In this document: positions 12,621-26,307 of the stretch, one piece after another
Layout of the letters: every line of letters begins with the position of its first letter
Position numbering within the stretch: the first letter of the stretch is position 1
Assembly: GCF_001194135.2 (NCBI RefSeq)
Contig: NC_068983.1
Location: 19,162,407-19,221,470 of the forward strand
Source: Octopus bimaculoides
Lineage: Eukaryota
Length of the DNA stretch: 59,064 bases
Direction: 5' to 3'
Position numbers and translations under genes: made by a program
The notes under the pieces: model-generated
Seen by the model: the letters and a program-made list of their open reading frames with translations, nothing else
Database searches by the model: none
What the model was told of the DNA's origin: nothing

Positions 12621-14374
12621 NNNNNNNNNNNNNNNNNNNNNNNNNNNNNNNNNNNNNNNNNNNNNNNNNNNNNNNNNNNNNNNNNNNNNNNNNNNNNNNN
12701 NNNNNNNNNNNNNNNNNNNNNNNNNNNNNNNNNNNNNNNNNNNNNNNNNNNNNNNNNNNNNNNNNNNNNNNNNNNNNNNNNNNNNNNNNNNNNNNNNNNN
12801 NNNNNNNNNNNNNNNNNNNNNNNNNNNNNNNNNNNNNNNNNNNNNNNNNNNNNNNNNNNNNNNNNNNATATATATTTATATATGTTTATGTGTGTGTGTT
12901 TGTTTCTGTGTGCGTATCTGTGCGCTTGTGTGTGTGTGTGTGGGGGGGTGTTCTTATTCTTAACAGAGCACATTTGCTAAAATCTGACGAATAGATTTTG
13001 AGTAATAGCCTAAGGTAATAAATAGCGTTTTAAATGAGAAAGATCTATAAACAATTTAGTCAAGTAACTGTAGTTTTATGTGTATATAAAGTGGCAATAT
13101 AAATTTTATCATTATTTTCCAGCTTGGAGAATGGAAATTTTCAATTTACAAACTAGTTTTCCCCTCTCTAATTTTTAATGAACACAGTTACTTGGGGGCA
13201 TTTTCCCTTCATAATGAAAAATTGACTTGGCACGCAACCCTGAAACACCTTATATTTAGATATATTCTGGAAGAGTTAAGAATTATCCTTGGTAATAGAT
13301 TTGTTGAGACAATCATTTTAATTTCGTTACATTCTCGCTGTGAGTAAATGTACAATATAAACAAATAAATACTTTCTACGTAAAACTCTATTTCGCTATA
13401 TATACAGTTCCTCTCCCATTTCACATTAACCCTATATTTTGTAGCTTGGAAAATTGATACCGCATCAAATTATTCAAGAAATTCAAGGAATTTGGTGTAG
13501 ATATTAAAAAAATTACATGTCTATCATATCTAAATAGCAAACATTTTTTTATTGTTAAAATAAGCGTTAATTGGAAAAACGATTTATTAGAAATGAATGC
13601 AAATATGAGCCCCATTCTCCACTTTTTTATATTNNNNNNNNNNNNNNNNNNNNNNNNNNNNNNNNNNNNNNNNNNNNNNNNNNNNNNNNNNNNNNNNNNN
13701 NNNNNNNNNNNNNNNNNNNNNNNNNNNNNNNNNNNNNNNNNNNNNNNNNNNNNNNNNNNNNNNNNNNNNNNNNNNNNNNNNNNNNNNNNNNNNNNNNNNN
13801 NNNNNNNNNNNNNNNNNNNNNNNNNNNNNNNNNNNNNNNNNNNNNNNNNNNNNNNNNNNNNNNNNNNNNNNNNNNNNNNNNNNNNNNNNNNNNNNNNNNN
13901 NNNNNNNNNNNNNNNNNNNNNNNNNNNNNNNNNNNNNNNNNNNNNNNNNNNNNNNNNNNNNNNNNNNNNNNNNNNNNNNNNNNNNNNNNNNNNNNNNNNN
14001 NNNNATATATACATATATATATTCGTTTATATTTATATAAGGGGCATTACTACAGAATAATGCCACACACTGGACTTCCCAAGATAGATAGATAGATAGA
14101 TAGACCCAAGTAATAAGCTAGAAAAAATATACATGTAGCAAAACTGTAGCAGAGAGCTCAAGGATCTGCCAAATAAATATGTGATTTGGCTTAAGAAATT
14201 TTCCTATAAAAAACGGAAAATTTAAAGAAATGAAACAATTTTAAGAACATATCATGCAAATAATTAGGAAGCATAAATAAGACAAATTACAACGCACACA
14301 TGACAACTGAATAAAAAGGGTTATTAAAGAAATAATCTTAACAGAATAAAGGAATACTTAAAAGATATTTTCAA

Positions 14375-14575
14375 AAAATCCTTCCACCGACAGGCACAAA
14401 GCCAGAAATTTCGGGAAAGGGGGATAGTTGATTACAGCGACCCTTGAACTTGGCTGGTACTTAATTTTTAGATCTCGAAAGGATGAATGACAAAGCCGAC
14501 CTCGGCGGAATTTCGACCCAGAATGTAAAGACAGACGAAATGCCACTAAGCATTTTGCCCGAAGTATTTACTGAT
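14375..14575 (-). mobile_element. SINE family A copy
   Basis: ctggtacttaattt..cgaaaggatgaatgacaaagccgacctcggcggaattt is the reverse complement of the family core. Confidence 0.8.
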
Positions 14576-14587
14576 AAATAGTGATAG

Positions 14588-14960
14588 GGGGCAGGAGTGG
14601 CTGTGTGGTTAGAAACATGCTTTTCAGCTGCATGGTTCCAGGTTCAGTCCCACTACCTGTTATCTTGAGCAAGTCTCTTCTACTATAGTCTCGGGCCGAC
14701 CAAAGACTAATGAGGGGATTTGGTAGACGGAAACTAAAAGAAACCCCTCATGTATATGTGTGTTTTGTATTTGTGTCTGTCCCCTCACCGCCACTTGACA
14801 GCTCTGTTGGTGAATTTAATTCCCCATACTTTAGTGTTTCGGCAAAAGTGACCGATAGAATAAGTACCAGACTTAAATATATATGAGACTTGGAGTCGAT
14901 TCGTTGAGATTAAAATGCCTGAAGGCGGTGCCCCTGCATGGTAACATTAAAATAAGTGAA
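14588..14960 (+). mobile_element. SINE family B (tRNA-derived), near full length
   Basis: A-box-like gtggctgtgtggttag and B-box-like ggttcagtccc, then gatttggtagacggaaact and a 3' part shared with 4045-4215 and 31440-31690. Confidence 0.8.
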
Positions 14961-16640
14961 ACGATTAAAGGAAAAAGATATAAGATATTAAATAGTGATA
15001 GGTAATAACACGATAGATGGCAGCATAAGACATCTGTTTTACACTCATGACTGCACGCGAAAGTAAGTAGCAGAACATGACAGAATCAGATTTAAAATAT
15101 ACCATACAAAATCTTACTCAAATATTACGTTTTCTATAAGCCGGTTTGACCTATTGTAACAAAAAAAATCTGTAATAAATTATCAGTTTTATAAAACATA
15201 TAACCGTGTAAAATTAAGAGTCCCAGTCATATCTGCAATAGAAATCAGATCGGGTTCGTTTTCATTCAAAGATTTAAGTGCAATAGAACACAGACTTCAG
15301 TAACTAAGTTTCATAACACTAACTAGGGGAAACTGAAGCAATGGTTACAGCAGTGCACAACCGAATAGTCTCAAGCAGAGTGTAAAATTCTTTCGAAAGA
15401 TTTCCAAACTCATGGTTGTGGGTTCACCCCCACAGCGTGTCACTTTATATACTATATATATCTGTATATATAATATATATATATATATATATANNNNNNN
15501 NNNNNNNNNNNNNNNNNNNNNNNNNNNNNNNNNNNNNNNNNNNNNNNNNNNNNNNNNNNNNNNNNNNNNNNNNNNNNNNNNNNNNNNNNNNNNNNNNNNN
15601 NNNNNNNNNNNNNNNNNNNNNNNNNNNNNNNNNNNNNNNNNNNNNNNNNNNNNNNNNNNNNNNNNNNNNNNNNNNNNNNNNNNNNNNNNNNNNNNNNNNN
15701 NNNNNNNNNNNNNNNNNNNNNNNNNNNNNNNNNNNNNNNNNNNNNNNNNNNNNNNNNNNNNNNNNNNNNNNNNNNNNNNNNNNNNNNNNNNNNNNNNNNN
15801 NNNNNNNNNNNNNNNNNNNNNNNNNNNNNNNNNNNNNNNNNNNNNNNNNNNNNNNNNNNNNNNNNNNNNNNNNNNNNNNNNNNNNNNNNNNNNNNNNNNN
15901 NNNNNNNNNNNNNNNNNNNNNNNNNNNNNNNNNNNNNNNNNNNNNNNNNNNNNNNNNNNNNNNNNNNNNNNNNNNNNNNNNNNNNNNNNNNNNNNNNNNN
16001 NNNNNNNNNNNNNNNNNNNNNNNNNNNNNNNNNNNNNNNNNNNNNNNNNNNNNNNNNNNNNNNNNNNNNNNNNNNNNNNNNNNNNNNNNNNNNNNNNNNN
16101 NNNNNNNNNNNNNNNNNNNNNNNNNNNNNNNNNNNNNNNNNNNNNNNNNNNNNNNNNNNNNNNNNNNNNNNNNNNNNNNNNNNNNNNNNNNNNNNNNNNN
16201 NNNNNNNNNNNNNNNNNNNNNNNNNNTGGAAAATCACAGGAACAATACCATATGTCCAACGCAAGATACAATATGTGTGTTCAATTCCTTCACGAATCAA
16301 TAAATGAATTTATAGTATTCAGTCTCTAAAGTGTCTAAAAGGTACGGTAAAAAGACCAGCAAATACAACAATAAAAACTTTAGAAATATCATGAATGTTC
16401 AAAATATTTATTAAAAGAATATTTATAAATATGCATGATTTCTAAGTTGTATAAAAATATGACAAATTAAAGTTAAAATATTACGATGTCTAAACATACA
16501 TTATGATATAACATATAATGGGTAAATATATACGGTATGATAAAGTTATAAATTTACATGTATTATATTAAAAACGTGTACATTACGACAGGATTAAAAA
16601 AAAAATTAAAAAAGAAATATATAATATAAAAGTTAAGTTA

Positions 16641-16739
16641 AAAATATGCACCTACGGACCGTTTCTGAGATGTGTCTATTAATATGGTGTTGTACTCATA
16701 TTAGAGATTAGACAATCCCTTCATCAGGATGATTGTTTT
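16641..16739 (-). ncRNA. Type I hammerhead ribozyme motif with long helix II, probably in a PLE pseudo-LTR
   Basis: Minus strand: CAUC-CUGAUGA-A-[about 53 nt branchless helix II]-a-GAAACGG-U-CCGU-A/GGUG. All invariant core bases are present; folded by eye. Confidence 0.72.
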
Positions 16740-16919
16740 ACATATAGNNNNNNNNNNAATCCCTTCATCAGGATGATTGTTTTACATATAGAGAGGAAGG
16801 AAAAAAAATATAGAGAACATAAAAAGTTTAGAGTGATATAATACAATATACCAGTAAAACAACTGGACACAACACCTTACATCACGGTTCCTATATATAT
16901 ATGTATATATATTTATATG

Positions 16920-16966
<47 letters not shown>

Positions 16967-18344
16967 GTATATATGTATATATATGTATATATATATATAT
17001 ATGTGTGTGTATATATATAAATATATATATATATATACACAGATAAATAGGTGTGTGTGTGGGTACACGACTGTGAGTGTGTCTCGTTTTTGTTTGTTAA
17101 TACGTGATTAAATAGTGAGTATTTGCAAAGCTATGTGTATGGCTGGGGTGTTTTATTTGCTTTGCGGATTCAATTAAATTCGATTTATCACTTACAAGAC
17201 TCTCTCTTCTTCATCTATCTGCGAAAATGCAATGTATTTTCGTCGAACCTAAATCAAAATCAGACAAGTCGTATTTTATTAATCAACTTTATAGACGTAA
17301 TTTGTTGTAGCTAAGAATATGGTAGAAGGCAACATTGGCAGTAATTGACATTAAAAGAAGTGATTAAGCCAGTACATTGCAAATGAAATATTTCTGTTGT
17401 TAAACAAATGATGTGAATCGGAAAAACAAAGGCAAAATAAAATTATACAAAATATAACAAAAAATGTAAGTGGGAAAAAAAAAACAAAGTTGTTTGCAAT
17501 TTGTCTCTTAAATATTGATCTTTATTTTAAAAAAATTATTTCGTCATTTCCTTCTGTCTCTCTCTGTTCCTTTAATTCTTCTTGTTTTTATTTGTCCGAA
17601 TTGCTTTTCCTTTGTATTTATCTTCTCTAACATCTATTTATACTTATTTTCTTCTTTACCACTTTTAATTGCTATTTGTTCCCTTTTTCTATTATCTTCT
17701 CACGTTTCCACATAGTTTCCTATAATCTTATTACGTTAGATGGTAAGAAAGTTGCTCTGCGCTATTTGTACCGACTATCTATACTGTGAGATCAAATCCC
17801 ACCTAGCCCAACATTACCTTTCTCCAATTCAAACTCGCTGGAATAAATTATTTATTTTCACTCAAAATTACTGACCTTGAAACACTAAGACGGTGAGCGG
17901 GCAGATTATTTACCGCTCGTAAATTCAATGCTGGGGTGGACGTAACCAATATTTCCTCCACGCAATTTTCGCTGACCTTTCAACTGAAGAAACAATTAAC
18001 AGGAAACTAGAACAGAAGCTTTCTAACGCGTTAACTTATGTACTCTTGTTTATAAGGTAATGTACTCGGGTTGCTTGAGGAGCATTGAGTTGCTTGGAGT
18101 TGACGAAATTGTTGACTTCATCATCTTTTTGAACTAATATAATTTGTTAATAGATTTATGGAGTATTATTAGCGCTTCAGATAGTCGACGAAGACTAAAG
18201 AGGAAGAGGCGCCCACCAGAAATGATAGCAGCAAAATTAAAAATTGAAGAAAGAATTCATTCATTTATCATAATGAAAAGTTGCTGCGTCTCTCACGAAG
18301 TCAAGCGGTGTATTTTATTTCATCAATGTATCAGCCTACTCACA

Positions 18345-18455
18345 TAATTAACGTGTAAGTGGTTGAATACTCCACAGTCACGTGTATCCTTCGCGTACTT
18401 CTCGGCGAGATTCAGTGTGACATAGAGTGTGCCAAGGCTGACCAATTTGAGTTAC
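18345..18455 (-). mobile_element. SINE family C 3' fragment
   Basis: Reverse complement aligns with 57975-58080. Confidence 0.75.
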
Positions 18456-18459
18456 TTGT

Positions 18460-19197
18460 ACACTTTATTTTGCCAAGTGAGAACACTGACGGAACGTGAA
18501 ATGAAGTGCGCGCTCATCATATTTCCGTTTTGAAGCAAGGTGATCGAACATATCAAGCAGATATATTTCATCACATTTTGTGAAAACCTCAAAACATCCA
18601 GAAGATTCAACAGGCCTGAGGTGATGATGACATACGAAAAAACTCAGATGACGTTCGGGAAGGAGAGCTGCAAGCGGAAACTTGGAACGTATTGAGAAGT
18701 TTCGGCGAATAGGCATGGCAAATTATCTTGTAACAACTCAGGAAATTGCTCAGTAAGTAAGAAGAAGCACAGGATCAGTGCACTTCCTTATAACGGAGGA
18801 TTTGTGCGGAGAGTGTCGGCCGAAAAATGAAGTCGGATATTTTTGAACACACTTCGTAATTCAAGCTTTCCTTGTCAAGAACAATACAACATTTCTTCGA
18901 CAGGAACCCGACACTTCAGACTTTATACTGTGTGACTAATCGTCTTCTCGAAACTAAAACCACCCTGAAAGGAAAGAGATTTGTGTCGTGAGAGTGAATT
19001 AGGAGAGAAGAGACGGCAGAACTCCATGGAATTCTAGAGGAGGCGTTCCAGATGTAACACCAGCAGCAGTAGAAGCCCTGGTAAAAGTTGTGTGGGAACT
19101 TCCAAGAGGGTATTTTGAAGGTGATTTAATAAAATTTGTGACCTGCACAAAATAGTTCTATTTTTACACCCAAAGGTTGGGAACTTTTCGAACATGG
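18460..19197 (+). mobile_element. mariner (DD34D-type) remnant with right TIR
   Basis: Degenerate YSPDLAPCD region (DTSDFILCD), then KTTLKGKRF and GYFEGD*; ends in gggaacttttcgaaca (TIR-like). Confidence 0.75.
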
Positions 19198-19199
19198 CG

Positions 19200-19425
19200 C
19201 TTTTTTACGGACAACATAATGAACACAGAGGAAAATAGGCAAGCCACATATGGAACCTTTCCTTCATCATCTGCCTGTATTCTAACCTACGAGTTTCGAA
19301 GATGAGGCAGAACGCACTCTTAGAATAGTTCTTGTCGCAAAGCAAATGTAAGTAAAACCTGGTATGCGGAGGATTTTAAAGTGGGAAACAGAAACCAAGA
19401 CACAGGAAAACAAACGCTGAGGGCC
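19200..19425 (-). repeat. Structured dispersed repeat, copy 2 (carries hammerhead core strands)
   Basis: Homologous to about 51630-51870 (gtttgttttcctgt..cgaaac..gatgaag..gttc..tatgtggcttg). Confidence 0.7.
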
Positions 19426-19511
19426 GTTATATATATATATATATNNNNNNNNNNNNNNNNNNNNNNNNNNNNNNNNNNNNNNNNNTATATATATGCATAT
19501 ATATATACATT

Positions 19512-19573
<62 letters not shown>

Positions 19574-20970
19574 AATGTATATGCATGTATGCGTGTGTAT
19601 ATCTGTGTGTATATGTACGTATGCATATGCGCACACATATGTACGTGTGTGCACGCATAGGTATATCATTATGCCCTCTTTTCTCCTCTCTGATTCCTAA
19701 ATATTTCACTAAACTATATAATCACATACCTCTTTAGAAATTTGACGTCCTTGCATTCTTCCCTCCACTTTAAATGTTACTACTAAATCCCCACCGATAC
19801 CTTTTCTCTATCACATCAGCCCTACTCACATATCTCACACTTATTCACTCCTTACATTCTCATCTCTTCCTATCCCTCCCCCTCTCCTCTCCCATCCTCC
19901 CCTCACATTATCTTTACCTCCAACTACACTCATTTTCACACTTCTTACACACATTCTTTCACTTTTTTCTCTCTTGTTTACTCTTTCTTTTTTCTCTTTT
20001 TCTTCTCTTTTTTCTCTCTTTCTTCTCATTTTCTCTTCCTGTTTTCATTTTTACTCTTATCTCCATTCTAATCATACACATATATCCCCCCCACCACATC
20101 TATCCACAAATAGTACCAATACATTCTCAAATTTTCATTCACACCACAAAACCTCTTCGAACGAACAACACGGAATCCACGGCTCCATATTCGAAATGAC
20201 TAAACATGGACTACTATTGGAACTTACATACCGTGTACAGGAAACTTTTTCACCACTTCTATACATTTACTTTCCTTGAATAATAGAACTGCATCTATAA
20301 TATCTTCATATATTTTATATTTTATTTCTACTTTCATTCTCTTATTTCCCTCTATATTCCCTATCCCCTCCTTTTTCATAATAAATCCTTATTTCGAACT
20401 CAAATATTTACCTCTATTTAACCATCTCACATCTGCAAGACTATATAACTTTTTCCTTATAAATGTCCTAAAAACTCATCACAGCCTTGGCTTTGTTATT
20501 TCATATTGTCTAATATATATATACACGATGATTCTCAGAGAGAGCGCGACACAGGGATATCATGTAAGTGAATGTCTATGCGTTAGCTTCCTTTGATACG
20601 CTATGATGCAATATCGCTAAAATGTAATTATAAGTGAAGCTATTTGATGTACTGGAGATTAACTTCAAGGTACGGAAGCAAGCCAAAAGGCAAATATCCA
20701 TTTTCATTTAACATATCTAAAGATTTAAATCCGCGTGCCTCCTAATATCTCTCTTCTGTTGGATTTTTTTACTCGAATATTGAAGCTATACCACAACGGA
20801 TTGAACATATCTCTTATGAATGTTTCAATTCCAATATTAAGTAAACTTTAAATTTATTCTAACATCACATATATGCCTCCATTTATGCAAAAGAATTTGT
20901 TTGAATCTCTTTCCAGAAAATATTACTTATCAAATATGTTATACACTCTTATTATCTTAGTGTTTTGAGG

Positions 20971-21002
<32 letters not shown>

Positions 21003-21386
21003 CATTACTGCAAGTAATATACCCCATTTCTAGATATGTTGCGTTTTGCGCTTCGCTGTTAAATCTTAAATTCTATCGATTTGAAATTGTTAGTCTATCT
21101 CTACTTCGAGTAATATAGAAAACGTCATACGTAGAAATAGTTAATTAGATATAGAATATACTTTCCTAAAATCATATATGTATACAACTTTATATGAATA
21201 CAATTCTCATTGGGCATTTTTACCCACGAGACTATGTTTTTGTGACATTCAAGATCCTATTGCAGGTCCAGTCAATCACGGTAAATGATAGGTAGTTTAT
21301 AAAATTGATCTCACATACAGAAACTCAAATCCAAACATAAAACTTATGATCTACCTGGCATGTAATTTGTATTTCGGTATTCCCAT

Positions 21387-21598
21387 TACATGGGTGTGCT
21401 GAAAATTTCCCGGTGTTGCTTAAAAGAAAATACAGGAGGATCATTTAATTATGATTTCATTCAACACACTTCTCATCTCAGAGATTCACACACTTATTGA
21501 AGCGGCGATTCTTCAGTTTTTATAATTTCTGTAAAAGAGCTAGGAAGCTCTGTAAAAGAAGTAGGAAGGTGCCAATAACTTTTTGGCACCCTGCTGTA
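21387..21598. mobile_element. mariner-derived MITE or internal deletion derivative
   Basis: Imperfect TIRs tacatgggtgtgctgaaaattt and aactttttggcaccctgctgta (about 15/22 matches), TA ends; the interior resembles a mariner 3' end in reverse. Confidence 0.55.
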
Positions 21599-23139
21599 TG
21601 TTCCAGATAGTATAACTACTGTAAAGCTAAACGTTCGACTATATACAATACGAAGAAATGATTTAATGAGAGCTAGATATTCAGTACTTTAAATATTTTC
21701 TATTGCCTCTAGACATAATGTCATTTTGTAATCAAACAGTTTGCCTGCCCTGTATCATTGCTTGGTGTCTTTGATGATTGACATTTACTATATATTTGGA
21801 TCGATTCATGCATGGTGAATGAAAATGGTGCGGAAAAGAAATTATGTAAAAGGTTATTTCACAGATTGTATCTACATATCCTAGCGTGTCACTAGGTAAG
21901 GCACGTTTTATTTGAGAACTACGATTGGGACACACGTGAGTGTAAAATGCTCTAAAATGTTTTCCTGATTCATTGACTGAATAAATGATGATATATTTTC
22001 AGAACAAATTAAAAACGCTTTTAAGGACTCCAAACAACGGTCATGCTATATCATCTCTTTTAACACCTCTGCGACTATAAGCTCTTCAGTAAATATATTG
22101 GTAGTGCATATATCATATATGCATCTTTCAACAACACTACAAAACTATCTGCTGTTCAAATTGACAAGATATTCATCAAATATATGCCACCGTCTCCGAG
22201 ATAACTTTCATTTTTCATAATGTAATTAATATTATTTGGATATATGCGTGATAAGTAACTCTAGATATACTTCATGTAACCTTACAAACAGTTATTTTTT
22301 CTCGTATGTCTGTACACATTGTTAATAGTAATATAAAAACACTATATAAATGTGTTTATCGTCTATGTGATTCAATATGCATAAACCGTAATATATGATT
22401 GTAAAGTCTTTAATTGTCTCATTATTTGTGTGTGTATGTAAGTGTGCGCGCGTATATATATGTATGCGTGTATATTTGTGAGTGTGTTTGTATCTGTGTG
22501 TGTTTGTGTCTGAGCATGTATGTACGTGTGTACATGCATATTGTTAATTGCAATATATGTGTTATATACATAAACGAGCGCCGTAAAATGTATATGTTTT
22601 AAATATTAAACGATTTCTAAATTTAATTATTGTATTCATATACATTTCTGTATTTTAGTATATACATTTATGCTTGTCTTTTATAACATCTATTTATGAC
22701 ACAAAATATACTAATTTACATTTAGACATGTACATATACATTAATATGCTATTTATTTCAAACATGGACATATTCTGCGAAAAACATGAAACGTATGTCT
22801 GGAAGAATATGAGTTATAAAAAAATCAAACACACATAAAATGAAAGAACACTTTTCAATTAATCTTACACTACTTCATAATCAAATAGAAAACATATTTA
22901 TATATACAAAAATAATTATCAAACCTAAGCGTGTCTATTGCAGTATATATTCCCATCAGGTAACAGATTATTTATATATTGGTTCTACATACACTTTTTG
23001 AAATTAGCTTTATTGACCTATATCAGACAATTAAATATTATAAATAGTAGCGATGGTTGGCTCCCAATAGTTTACTATGTGTGAATTAAACCGCTTTGTT
23101 AGAAGTAAATTCCTACCTACCTATATTGTACATACCATC

Positions 23140-23335
23140 TAAGCGGTGAGCTGGCAGAGAAATGCTTAGCGGTATTTCGTCTGTCTTTACGTTGTGAGTT
23201 CAAATTCCACCGAGGTCGACTTTGCCTTTCATCCTTTCGGGGACGATAAATAAAGTACCAGTTGCGTACTGGGGTCGATCTAATCGAGTGGTCCCTTCCC
23301 CCAAAATTTCGGGCCCTGTGGCTAGAGTACAAAAG
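23140..23335 (+). mobile_element. SINE family A copy with 18-bp TSD
   Basis: Family core present; flanked by tatattgtacataccatc (23122-23139) and tatattatacataccatc (23336-23353). Confidence 0.9.
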
Positions 23336-24679
23336 TATATTATACATACCATCCTGCAAATCCTACAATATTTAAATGTAATAACTCCGAGATCAGATGA
23401 ATTAAGCCAAGATCGCGAAGGGTTGTCTGGGATTCAATGTGATATATTAGAAAGGCTACCGTGTTGAAAACGATAATACACAATATCAAGGAACAATCAC
23501 GTGTTTGGGATTGTTTTTAGTAGTTGAAAGAGTAATTCAGGGATACCAATTTATAAGTTTTCCATATTCGAGGCTAAATATTTATTCATTGATAAATATG
23601 AGATTAATATGCATGTCAATCATTTTAGTCTTACATTACATCAGTGAAAATTCTTGTTGAGTCTTGATGTAAATGTGGCTGTTTATGTGTGCATAAGATA
23701 TCTTCCTATATGTCCATGAACGCTAATACATTCATAGATACACGCCTATATGTATTTTCACTTATATTCTGAAAATGAAATTGAAGTAGTTCAGTATTTA
23801 ACTATATATTGTTCGGACGTTATTCCCATGGTGCCTACTCCTTTGTATAACCCATACTTTATTACTACACATGATGTTCTGTGTTTCATTAGAAATTCTA
23901 AAACTATACTAGTGTCAATGCATCTTCGAATGTTGTCGGGTTTGAATGAGCATTTATAAACAAAATGAGGCACTGACAGTATATATGGAAAACCTTACTA
24001 CACATTCCTTGAGAAATTATGTTTTATACAATGGCAAATTAGGATCATTAAATCTATGATATACATGTCCTGTTAGCAATTTTGCAATTGCTTATGTTCC
24101 CGCTTCAATTAGTCTTCTTCGTTATCTATTTATTACTTCGTCCCATCCTCTGTATTTTGTTTATCTGTCTATCAATCTCTAGGCAACATAAATATACACA
24201 TATCAATGTGTACGCGACATTGTGCATGAATTTATATTTATGGTTTGTGTTTCTGCGTAAGTTACATACCATGTATCATCACAAAAATAGAGTATATAAT
24301 CTACGTGACATGTTTTCCAATCATAAACTCTAAAATAAGTATGTTTGATGTATATAAGAGAGGTAGGAAATTTGTTTTCGTAAAAGCTTGAAAATCTGTG
24401 TAGAATAGTAATTTTGTGTAGGCAAATAATATTTCTTAAACATAGCTTAATGTGATATTCAAATATCATGATAAATATAGACATTTGGTCTCTTCTATGT
24501 ACATATAATTCTCACATGTGTCTAAATGACTAGAAACGGACACACTGAAGATGCTAAGTCAAGTTTCAGAAATACATATACTCATAACAAAGAAAATATT
24601 TTTCATGTTCAAACGGATATTCAGGATATTGCAAGATATTTTAGTTTTAAGTTCTTTATAAATTTTACACACGTTCTGC

Positions 24680-25300
24680 TTTTGGGATCAGTTTATCTTT
24701 ACCAGAGCTGGCCAGTGTGGTATAACTCTTTCGCTGAAAGCTTGGAGGTACAAGTTAATATTGTATGATCGGCAGAAGGTAAGCTTCTTGTACCAGTACC
24801 AAATAATCAAGTCTCTTCCGGGTGCTTTCCTTCCAGAAGTTTCTGAATTACATTCATAATGGTGTCACCGTCAGTGCTGTATCTCTTATGTGAAAAACAC
24901 GGACGATAGTCACTTCCAATTTCCGGAGATCCAGTCAGTTATACTCTATCTCTTCACTCCAGATTTTCCTCCAGAAGAAGGCTATGTCTTCTCGCGAAGA
25001 AACGTCTTTGATAGTTACTGCTTCTCCTCTCATATCCCTGTACACAGTTGCCTAGTTGCAGGTAAATCTTTCATTTATTGGTTTTCGTTCTGTTATTCTC
25101 CTCTGATGTCAGAGTTTCTCACTGATAGCTTGAGAGTGATCATTTTCCAAGTCAGTGTTCTCGTTACTTCTGTCACCTTCTTCCATTTTTGTTGGTGAAA
25201 GGCATAGTGATTTGCTTGTTTGCAAGCAACAAGCATCGTTACGTGGCTGATGTTCTTCGGTAAATTAGTTATCACTTTTTGTCTTCAAAACCCATGGTGG
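24680..25300 (-). mobile_element. R4/Dong-like LINE fragment (pre-RT region and RT motif 0)
   Basis: Minus peptides ERFTCN*ATVYRDMRG..IAFFWRKIWSEEIEYN and KAPGRDLIIWYWYKKL..PHW... Confidence 0.8.
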
Positions 25301-26307
25301 TATTTTCAACTTTGTTTCCGTATCGTTTACACTCTGTGTGTAGTTCATATGCTGCATTACACTGGTAGATGGTATATAGACAAGCGTTAATCATTACACT
25401 GTCGTAAATATTCCTCCCAAATTTCAATAACGAACTTTAATACCGTGCCTGTTGATCTTTTGCTTACCTTGCTAGAGAATTTTTTTTTTTTCGAGTGAAA
25501 CTTCAAAGTCAAGGTTACTTTTTCTTAAAAAAATGTATTAAGGGAATATTTCACGATTTATAACCCTGACTACGACTACAATGATCGTTGTGCCTGCTAT
25601 TTACGATAACCGAAGTAGAGGCACAATGATCAGTTGCTTTAACCTGTAAGTGTAGTTTTGTTGGCAGGCAGTGTAGTATCTGCTGGAATGTCGCTAACTG
25701 TGAAACCACATAGTGTTCTAGCATTTCGTTCACATTTCGTTTATAATGTTTTAGAGACGGTTAATTTCAGATCATGTTTGAACAAACATTCTTCCTCTCT
25801 TCTATGCTTGTTGGCGTAAGTGATTCACAACAATATCATTTAGTTTTAGGTGCAGATCTTCTTTATATGCTTTCAATCTATTCATATATTCAACACTAGG
25901 GTTTTATTTCGCTCTTTTATTACAGTTGGATATACATATATCATTATTCAGGGCATAACTCTGAGAAAAATGTACTTTATTGCTACTATTTCTTCCATAA
26001 CTACAGCTAGAACGCATCTGTTTATTTCTTGCGATACTGTTTTCGTTCTGTCCCTCTTTTGTGTTTTTTCTTCATGCCGTCGAATCCAGCTGTGTTGTTT
26101 GCAGTAAATCTCTGCATGGTTAAGTTAAGTTTCAGTCGAAAATCACTACGGTCATCATAAAAGACTCCCTCAGTTAATTCATGACAGTTATTTAAAAAGG
26201 GCTGAAAGTTCAGGCTTCAAAGCTGGAGATATTATTCATCGTATCTTGCTAAATAGTCTCCCACGCCAAAAATGCAACTTGTTATTTCGAGTCAATGTAA
26301 TGTTGTG

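Noticed and set aside
12471-16329. Long ORF-track entries spanning N runs (also 30247-30692, 34596-35114, 40001-40420, 49543-50185, 51748-54010)
   Set aside because: They consist of X plus translated (TA)n, (TG)n or (CTT)n; artefacts of gaps and microsatellites.
16714-16791. 34-bp direct repeat across a 10-N gap
   Set aside because: Identical sequence on both sides of a minimal gap indicates an unmerged contig overlap, not a duplication.
21856-21886. Micro-exon candidates (also 6562-6582 minus, 56878-56896 plus)
   Set aside because: Splice-like signals only; too short to distinguish from chance.
23350-23460. Minus-strand donor ggatg|gtatgt with an open frame
   Set aside because: The donor lies in the SINE target-site duplication, and there is no convincing acceptor or recognisable peptide.
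24540-24590. CTGAAGA..GAAAT hammerhead-like spacing
   Set aside because: Helix I fails to pair and helix II has only 2 bp.
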